Shown here: positions 57,936 to 64,000 of the stretch, piece by piece
Layout: each line of letters opens with the position of its first letter
Position numbering within the stretch: position 1 is the first letter of the stretch
Assembly: GCA_021776135.1 (NCBI GenBank)
Contig: JAJFGL010000059.1
Span: 19,852 to 83,851, forward strand
Origin: Kiloniellaceae bacterium
GTDB taxonomy: Bacteria > Pseudomonadota > Alphaproteobacteria > Kiloniellales > J153
Direction of reading: 5' to 3'
DNA length: 64,000 bases
The notes under the pieces: model-generated
What the model was told of the DNA's origin: nothing
Seen by the model: the letters and a program-made list of their open reading frames with translations, nothing else
The model's database searches: none
Translations under genes and position numbers: made by a program

Positions 57936-59315
57936 TCAGCTCGCGGCCGGATTGGGCGGCGCGGGCGCTGGCTCCATCTCCAGGGCCGCTGCCCCGCCGT
58001 CATGGGTTAGGGCCGGGGCGACCTGGGGCGGGGTTTGCCAGGCCAGGGCGTCGAAGCTTTCGCAGGCGCCGCAGCGCGCGCTCCACACGATCGCCACCGC
58101 GCCGCATTCGGTGCAGACCCAGGCCGGATCCTTGAGCGCCCGGGCGGAGCGGGTCAGCCAGTCGCGGGCCAGGGCGCTGTCGCCGTTTTCCTGTTCTTCC
58201 AGTTCGGCCATGAGGCGGCAGACGGAATCCCTGGGCGTGCCTTCCAGGCCCTCCGGCCCGGCGGCGGCCTTGATGTGGCGCCGGGCTTCGCCCCAGAGGC
58301 GCGCTTCCAGGGCGGCGCGGGCCAGGACCAGGTGGCTTTCCGGATGATCGGGCTGCTTGGCGGTAAGCTGACCCAGGCGTTTCAAGCGTTCGAGGCCGTC
58401 GCCGTCCGGCTGGGTTTCGAGGTAAGGCGCCGCCAGTTCGGGATGGGGCCCCACGGCCCAGGCCCGCTCCAGCACCTTGGCGGCCTGGCGCTTTTTCCCG
58501 GCCGCGATCTCTTGGCGCGCCAGCAGGACCGCGCCGGGCACCAGGTCCGGGGCCAGCTTGTTGGCGGCGCGTGCATAGACCAGGGTTTCGCTGGCGTGGG
58601 CCGCGGCCCGGGCCTTTTCCAAGAGGATGACCGCGCGCTTGCGGCTGGCCTCGGGCGCCGGCAGGGCCTTGGCCTTGGCGGCCTCGGTCAGGCTGCGCTC
58701 CGCCGTGTCCAGATCGCCGCAACGCTCGCTCAAGTCGAACAGGGAGGTCAGCACCCAGGGCGTGCCCGGCCGCATGTCATGGGCCTGGCGCACGTAGTCC
58801 AGGGCTTGTTGCTGGTCGCCGTCGCGCAGGGCCTGGGTCAAAAGGCCGCGCAGACCCAGAAAGCGGGTCTCGGGATTTTCCAACATGGCGGCGAAGTAGC
58901 GCTTGGCGGCTTCCTCGTCGCCCTTGAGCTGCGCCGCCTGGGCCGAAAGAAGCATGGTCAGCGGCGGTTCCTCGAGCAGGGAATCGGCGCGCCGGGCGTG
59001 GCGCGCGGCCTCGTCCGCCTCGCCGGCCGCGACCGCGACCATGCCTTGAGTCAGCGCCTTGTAGCCGCGCTTGCGCTTGCTGGCTTGGAGCGATTGGCTC
59101 ATGGAGCGGGGCGAGCGGCGCAGGAAACGCCAGGCGCGATAGCTCAGGGCCGTAAGCCCGACCAGCAGAACCACCGCCGCGAGCAAAATCCCGACCGAGG
59201 TTTCGATCCGGTAGCCAAGCCAATCGATGGCGACCGCGCCCGGCCGGTCGGCCAGCCAGGTGGCGAGCGCTATGAGGACCGCTAGTTTGAGGGCGAACCA
59301 AAGAACCCGGATCAT
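57936..59315 (-). CDS. hemY: HemY-like protein (HemY_N membrane anchor, TPR region, C-terminal Cys4 ribbon)
   Basis: Two N-terminal TM spans, TPR-like helices, and C-terminal CTECG...CGACES. Located in the hemC-hemD cluster. Confidence 0.8.
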   Translation of the reverse strand: MIRVLWFALKLAVLIALATWLADRPGAVAIDWLGYRIETSVGILLAAVVLLVGLTALSYRAWRFLRRSPRSMSQSLQASKRKRGYKALTQGMVAVAAGEADEAARHARRADSLLEEPPLTMLLSAQAAQLKGDEEAAKRYFAAMLENPETRFLGLRGLLTQALRDGDQQQALDYVRQAHDMRPGTPWVLTSLFDLSERCGDLDTAERSLTEAAKAKALPAPEASRKRAVILLEKARAAAHASETLVYARAANKLAPDLVPGAVLLARQEIAAGKKRQAAKVLERAWAVGPHPELAAPYLETQPDGDGLERLKRLGQLTAKQPDHPESHLVLARAALEARLWGEARRHIKAAAGPEGLEGTPRDSVCRLMAELEEQENGDSALARDWLTRSARALKDPAWVCTECGAVAIVWSARCGACESFDALAWQTPPQVAPALTHDGGAAALEMEPAPAPPNPAAS

Positions 59316-59327
59316 AACAGGCTAAGC

Positions 59328-61442
59328 CTAACTCTGGCCGGCGGCGAGTAGCGCGCCCAGGCGTTTCAAGGCGGTCTGGGCCGTGAGCCGGTCTTGCGCC
59401 TCGGCGCGCCATGCGGCGGCGGCCTCGGCGGCCGGGCCGCTCAAAGCGTCGAGTTCGCCCAGGGCCGATGCCAGATCCGCGGCCTCCGCGTGCGCCTCGG
59501 CGCGGGCCACGATGGCTTCCGCGCTATCGCCTTCGACCGGGCCCAGGGGGCGCACCGACACCAGGCCCGACAAACGCCGCCAGGCCTTGGCCAGCAGCCC
59601 CGTGTCTTCGCCGCCGCGCGATTGCGCGATCGCCGCGCGCGCCACGGCGGGAAACGATGCCTGAAGCGATTCAAGGCTGGGCGCGCCCTGGGCGGCGAAG
59701 GGCCGCAAGGGGGCGATGGCCTGGGTCATGGCGGCGGCATTGGGCGCCTTGGCGGCCAGGGCCTCAAGCGTAGTCAGGGCCGCCTCGAAAGGCTCCGCCG
59801 CGCGCAGGGCATCGCGCATTTGCAAGACCGCCAGAGTCATGGCCGTGCCTTGCGTCGAGACGCCCGCTACCGCGCGGGCTTCGGCCAGGGCCTCAACTTG
59901 GCGCCGCAAGTCGGCAAGACCGCGCCCGGTATCCTGGGCGCGCGCTTCGTTCGCGGCCAGGGCGGCCTCGAGCTGCCGGGTATCCCCGCCGGCGCGCGCG
60001 ACCTCCGCCAAGGATTCCAGGCTGTTTTCCAAGGCCTCGATCCGGCCGGTATTCGGGTTTTCGCCCGGCGCGGCGGCGATCTCGCTCAGGCGTGCTTCCA
60101 GGGCCGCCATGCGGGTGGCGTTGGGATCCTCATCAAATGTGGTCTTTAGCGCTGCGATCCGGTTTTCCAGGGCCGCGATCCGGGCGGTGTTGGGATTATC
60201 GGCGGGCGCGGCGGCGAAGCGCGGCATCCAGGCGTCGCGGGTCATCACGGCGGTTCCCGCCCCAAGGGCGAAGACAACCGCCGCGATCAGGAAAGCGCCG
60301 GTCCAGGAACCGCCGCGCGCGGCGCTGGCTTTTTCCACCTTGGGGGCTGGAGTCTTGTCCGTACCGGGGGACTTACTGCCGCTCGTGGGTATCCGGGATG
60401 CGGGTGCTGTCTCGCCCGCTTCCTCGGGCGCCTGGTCGCTAGCGGCCAGAGTCTTGGGATCGAGGACGATCTTATGGGCCTTGGCCGTGGCCTGGATTTG
60501 ACCGTGACGCGAAGCCGGAATCGAGGCCCGCTCCCGCCAGCCCTGGACCGTGCTGACGGCGACCTCAAGCTTGCTGGCCATGGGCCGGATGCCGCCGAAG
60601 AGGGCGATGACTTGGTGTGCCGCCGGTTCCGTTTCGGCGGCGCCATCCTTGCCGGGGGTGGCGTTTTTATGATCCGGGCCGTCTGGTGCCGACATCTTCC
60701 CCTCCGCGTGCTGGGCGCCGCGGCGCCCGGCCAGGTCGTCGATACAGGCAAGCAGCGCGTCCTGGCTGGGCCGGGCGGCGGTATGTACGTCCCGCCAAGC
60801 CAGTACGCGCAAGCTTCGCGCGACCGCCGCACTTAGACATAGCGCGTCGAGTGCCTTGCAAGCCACAGATAATTCCGCCTGCTGTATTAATTTTACGAAA
60901 GTCTTGGCGGTTCTGGGCGAGAAAAAAGCAGCCGCGTCGATTTTGCCTTCCAACAGGGCCGTACGTGTAGCCCCGGACAAGGCCTCCGGCGCCTGCGCAT
61001 GATAAAGAACCTCCCGGCGCAGGGTGAAGCCGACATCTTCCAAGCGCGCCTTCAAATCGCCCGCGAGGTGCTGTCCGGCGCCGTGATACAGCGCCCCGCC
61101 GCCGGGTTTCAGGCGCGCCGCAACCAGGCGCGCCAAGTCTTCCACATCGCCGGCGGCGCTGACGGCCTGGGTAAAGCCGGCTTCGCGCGCGGCCCCTGCG
61201 CTGGCTTCGCCCACGGCGAAAACCGGCAGGCCGCATTCCGGGGCGCGGCGGGCGAAGGCGCGCACACCATTGGCGCTGGTGAAGAGAAGCGCCTGAACGC
61301 CGCCGAGGTCGAGAGGCGCCGCCGCATCCGCCGCCGCCTCGATCCGCAACAGCGGCTCCAATATAACTTCATGGCCGCGCGCGCGTAAGAGCGCCGCCAG
61401 GGGCTTCGCGTCTTCCTCGGGCCGGGTGACGAGAACCCGCAT
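59328..61442 (-). CDS. hemD: In-frame fusion of uroporphyrinogen-III synthase (HemD, about 249 aa) and a mitofilin/Mic60-like membrane protein (about 455 aa)
   Basis: HemD N-terminus MRVLVTRPEED...LLFTSANGV...FFSPRTA. No stop codon before an internal GGAGGGG SD and ATG (60695). Then a TM span WTGAFLIAAVVFALGAGTAVM, a coiled coil, and a mitofilin-like C-terminal domain (LSGLVSVRPLG...AAAWRAEAQDRLTAQTALKRL). Confidence 0.75.
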   Translation of the reverse strand: MRVLVTRPEEDAKPLAALLRARGHEVILEPLLRIEAAADAAAPLDLGGVQALLFTSANGVRAFARRAPECGLPVFAVGEASAGAAREAGFTQAVSAAGDVEDLARLVAARLKPGGGALYHGAGQHLAGDLKARLEDVGFTLRREVLYHAQAPEALSGATRTALLEGKIDAAAFFSPRTAKTFVKLIQQAELSVACKALDALCLSAAVARSLRVLAWRDVHTAARPSQDALLACIDDLAGRRGAQHAEGKMSAPDGPDHKNATPGKDGAAETEPAAHQVIALFGGIRPMASKLEVAVSTVQGWRERASIPASRHGQIQATAKAHKIVLDPKTLAASDQAPEEAGETAPASRIPTSGSKSPGTDKTPAPKVEKASAARGGSWTGAFLIAAVVFALGAGTAVMTRDAWMPRFAAAPADNPNTARIAALENRIAALKTTFDEDPNATRMAALEARLSEIAAAPGENPNTGRIEALENSLESLAEVARAGGDTRQLEAALAANEARAQDTGRGLADLRRQVEALAEARAVAGVSTQGTAMTLAVLQMRDALRAAEPFEAALTTLEALAAKAPNAAAMTQAIAPLRPFAAQGAPSLESLQASFPAVARAAIAQSRGGEDTGLLAKAWRRLSGLVSVRPLGPVEGDSAEAIVARAEAHAEAADLASALGELDALSGPAAEAAAAWRAEAQDRLTAQTALKRLGALLAAGQS

Positions 61443-61446
61443 GAGC

Positions 61447-62406
61447 TTAAAAAGATGCCAGGGCGGCGAAGAAGGCCGGGCCGGCGGCGGCGCGCAGGGT
61501 TTCACCGGCTTCCCGGCCCAGACGCTCGGCATCTTCGGTGGCGCCTTGGCAGGATGTGCGATGGGCCTGGGTGCCGTCGGGCAGGGCGATGAGGGCGCGC
61601 AGGCTCAAGGTCTCGCCGTCCGCGCTTAGCTCGGCCAGGGCCGCGATCGGGGTCCGGCAAGATCCGTCCAGGGCTTTCAGGCAGGCGCGTTCGGCGCTCA
61701 CCCGCCGTTCGGAATCGGGATCGTCGAGGGCGGCGATCCAGGCGCGGGTGGTCCCATCGTCCAGGCGGGTTTCGATCCCGATGGCGCCCTGGGCCACCGC
61801 CGGCAACATGACCTCCGGCGATAGAACCGCCGCCGCTTGCGCCGCCACTCCCAGGCGTTTCAACCCGGCGAGCGCCAGCATGGTCGCGCCCACCTGGCCC
61901 TCGGCCAATTTACGCAAGCGGGTTTGCACGTTACCGCGTAAGGGAACGACCTTGAGGTCCGGGCGCGCCAGCAGCACCTGGGCTTGGCGGCGCAAGGCCG
62001 CCGTGCCGATCACGGTGCCCGCCGGTAAGCTGGCCAGGGTTTCGCCAGGCGCGCAAAACAAAGCGTCGCGCACATCCTCGCGCGGCAATATGGCGGCCAG
62101 TCCCAAGCCGTCCTGGTGCCAGGTCGGCACATCTTTCATGGAATGCACGGCGGCGTCGATGCGCCCCGCCAGCAGGGCGTCCTCGATCTCCTTGGTGAAG
62201 AGCCCCTTGCCCCCGGCCTCGGCCAGGGTGCGGTCCTGAATCCGATCGCCGGTGGTCTTGATGGCCACAATCTCGACCGCGCCTTCGGGTTTCAACTCGT
62301 CGTGGGCGGCGGCCAGGCGCGCGCGCGCCTCTTGCGCCTGAATAAGAGCAAGCGGGCTGCCGCGTGTTCCGAGGCGCAGAAGTGTTTCCGAGGTCATAGC
62401 GGCCAA
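61447..62406 (-). CDS. hemC: Hydroxymethylbilane synthase (porphobilinogen deaminase)
   Basis: LRLGTRGSPLALIQA, IKTTGD, GGKGLFTKEIE, RGNVQTRL and the cofactor Cys context GSCRTPIAA. Confidence 0.95.
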   Translation of the reverse strand: MAAMTSETLLRLGTRGSPLALIQAQEARARLAAAHDELKPEGAVEIVAIKTTGDRIQDRTLAEAGGKGLFTKEIEDALLAGRIDAAVHSMKDVPTWHQDGLGLAAILPREDVRDALFCAPGETLASLPAGTVIGTAALRRQAQVLLARPDLKVVPLRGNVQTRLRKLAEGQVGATMLALAGLKRLGVAAQAAAVLSPEVMLPAVAQGAIGIETRLDDGTTRAWIAALDDPDSERRVSAERACLKALDGSCRTPIAALAELSADGETLSLRALIALPDGTQAHRTSCQGATEDAERLGREAGETLRAAAGPAFFAALASF

Positions 62407-62464
62407 GGTGTAGCGATCGCGCGCGCATGGTCAAGCCGCACCTAAGTCTTTAGTGTCCGCGCCC

Positions 62465-63496
62465 ATGAAGGTACTGGGTATCGAAACCTCTTGCGACGAA
62501 ACCGCCGCCGCCGTTGTCGGCGAAGACGCCACTATTTTGAGCAACCTGGTGTTCTCGCAGCTCGACGAACACCGCCCCTACGGCGGTGTGGTGCCGGAAA
62601 TCGCGGCGCGCAGCCACCTCGATCGCTTGGACGGCTTGATCCGGGGCGCCTTGGCCGAGGCCAAGCTCGGATTCACCGACCTCGACGGCATCGCGGCAAC
62701 CGCCGGGCCCGGCCTGATAGGTGGCGTCTTCGTCGGCGTCATGACCGCCAAGGCCATGGCGGCGGCCCGGGGCTTGCCCTTCATCGCGGTCAATCATCTG
62801 GAAGGCCACGCCCTTACCGCGCGCCTGACCGGCGAGTTGGCGTTTCCGTTTCTTTTGCTCCTGGTCTCCGGCGGCCATTGTCAGTTGGCGGTTGTCGAGG
62901 GCGTGGGCGCCTACCGGCACCTGGGCGGCACCATAGACGACGCGGTGGGGGAATGCTTCGACAAGACGGCCAAACTACTGGATCTCGGCTACCCCGGCGG
63001 CCCGGCGGTAGAGGCGGCGGCGCGTGGCGGCGACCCCGCGCGCTTCGGCCTGCCCCGGCCGATGATGGGGCGCGCGACCCTGGATTTTTCCTTCTCCGGC
63101 CTCAAGACGGCCGTGCGCCACAAGGTCGCCGCCCTGGCCGCGCCCTTGGCGGAACGCGATGTGCGCGACATGGCGGCCTCGTTCCAGGCCGCCGTCGCCG
63201 ATGTCCTGGCCGAGCGCTGCGAACGCGCACTTGTGCACTTTCAGGATAGCCATGGCCAGGCCGGGCCCCTGGTGGTGGCCGGCGGCGTGGCCGCCAACGC
63301 TTTCCTGCGCGCGCGCCTGGAAGCCGTTGCGAAAGCCGCCGGCACCGAGATGATCGCGCCGCCGCCCAAGCTTTGCACCGATAACGCGGCCATGATCGCC
63401 TGGGCCGGGCTGGAACGCCTGCGCCTCGGACTCACCGATGACTTCGGCTTCGCGCCGCGCCCGCGCTGGCCCCTGGAAGAGGTGCGCGGTCCGTGA
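62465..63496 (+). CDS. tsaD: tRNA N6-adenosine threonylcarbamoyltransferase
   Basis: [31 protein letters not shown] and GGVAAN. An alternative GTG start is at 62453. Confidence 0.95.
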   Translation: MKVLGIETSCDETAAAVVGEDATILSNLVFSQLDEHRPYGGVVPEIAARSHLDRLDGLIRGALAEAKLGFTDLDGIAATAGPGLIGGVFVGVMTAKAMAAARGLPFIAVNHLEGHALTARLTGELAFPFLLLLVSGGHCQLAVVEGVGAYRHLGGTIDDAVGECFDKTAKLLDLGYPGGPAVEAAARGGDPARFGLPRPMMGRATLDFSFSGLKTAVRHKVAALAAPLAERDVRDMAASFQAAVADVLAERCERALVHFQDSHGQAGPLVVAGGVAANAFLRARLEAVAKAAGTEMIAPPPKLCTDNAAMIAWAGLERLRLGLTDDFGFAPRPRWPLEEVRGP

Positions 63497-64000
63497 GCGT
63501 GCAAAGTATCGGCGTGATCGGCGCCGGCGCCTGGGGCACGGCCCTGGCCACGGCGGCGCGCCGGGCCGGGCGCCATGTCACGATCTGGGCCCGCGATCCG
63601 GACCTGGCCGCGCGTCTGAACCGGGAACACGCCAATCCGGATTACCTGCCCAGCATCGCCCTCGACCCGGCCATAGGCGCGACCGGCGATCTGGCCGAGG
63701 CCGTGAACAGCGATGCCCTGCTGCTCGCGGTGCCGGCCCAGCACCTGCGTTGGATCGGTGGGAAACTGGCGCCCCTGGTGTTCGCCGGAACCCAAGGGCT
63801 GCCCCTGGTTATTTGCGCCAAGGGCATGGAACAAGGCAGCGGCGCCTTGATGAGCGAGGTTCTGGCGGAGGTTCTGCCAGGGCGGCGCCTGGCCGTGCTC
63901 TCCGGCCCCAGTTTCGCGGCCGAGGTGGCGCGCGGCTTGCCGTGCGCGATCACCCTGGCGGCGGAACATGGCGAAACAGCCACCGAGCTGGCTGCGGCCC
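63493..64000 (+). CDS. gpsA: NAD(P)H-dependent glycerol-3-phosphate dehydrogenase (3' end beyond the window)
   Basis: My own translation from the GTG at 63493 (GTGA overlap with the tsaD stop) gives [22 protein letters not shown]...[11 protein letters not shown]...[15 protein letters not shown]. This ORF is not in the ORF track because it runs off the window. Confidence 0.9.
   Translation, partial: MSVQSIGVIGAGAWGTALATAARRAGRHVTIWARDPDLAARLNREHANPDYLPSIALDPAIGATGDLAEAVNSDALLLAVPAQHLRWIGGKLAPLVFAGTQGLPLVICAKGMEQGSGALMSEVLAEVLPGRRLAVLSGPSFAAEVARGLPCAITLAAEHGETATELAAA

Noticed and set aside
57558-58010. 150-aa plus-strand ORF spanning the tRNA-Thr gene and the palindromic repeat
   Set aside because: It overlaps a tRNA gene in antisense, as well as the REP-like element and the hemY 3' end. 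There is no coding signature.

Overview
High-GC chromosomal segment with alphaproteobacterial (Rhodospirillales-like) gene content and synteny. It is densely coding, with about 62 protein genes, one tRNA and one riboswitch, and has no rRNA, CRISPR array, transposase or integrase. Most genes are housekeeping: pyk, acs, fhs, accA, secA, argJ, mutT, grxC, hemC/hemD/hemY, tsaD, gpsA, moaB, and family-4 UDG. Transporters, regulators and conserved genes of unknown function are interspersed. Four things stand out. (1) A textbook cobalamin riboswitch (minus strand, ~52712-52950) heads an operon in which a secreted 7-bladed YVTN beta-propeller and a PDZ-less S41 peptidase precede cobP and cobW, which are translationally coupled. 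These two periplasmic partners are not recognised B12-pathway components. (2) A ~1.5 kb strongly AT-rich islet (53.0-54.5 kb) carries two orphan small membrane/coiled-coil proteins, with no homology I can recognise and no mobility gene. (3) In the hemC-hemD-Mic60-like-hemY cluster, hemD has no stop codon and runs in frame into the mitofilin/Mic60-like gene. That gene keeps its own SD+ATG and carries a Cro/YdaS-like HTH segment and a triple NPNT-x-RI-x-ALE repeat. (4) Several tightly coupled gene pairs have unknown roles: N-formylglutamate amidohydrolase + GCS2 ligase, a CheY-like regulator with an Arg-rich tail + Hpt, a methyltransferase + metallophosphoesterase next to a bacterial CDP-archaeol-synthase-family gene, and a DUF3604-like protein + diheme cytochrome c. 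Many long ORFs in the six-frame track are antisense or alternate-frame artefacts of high GC content and are rejected. All product calls rest on motifs read from the translations. No database search was run.
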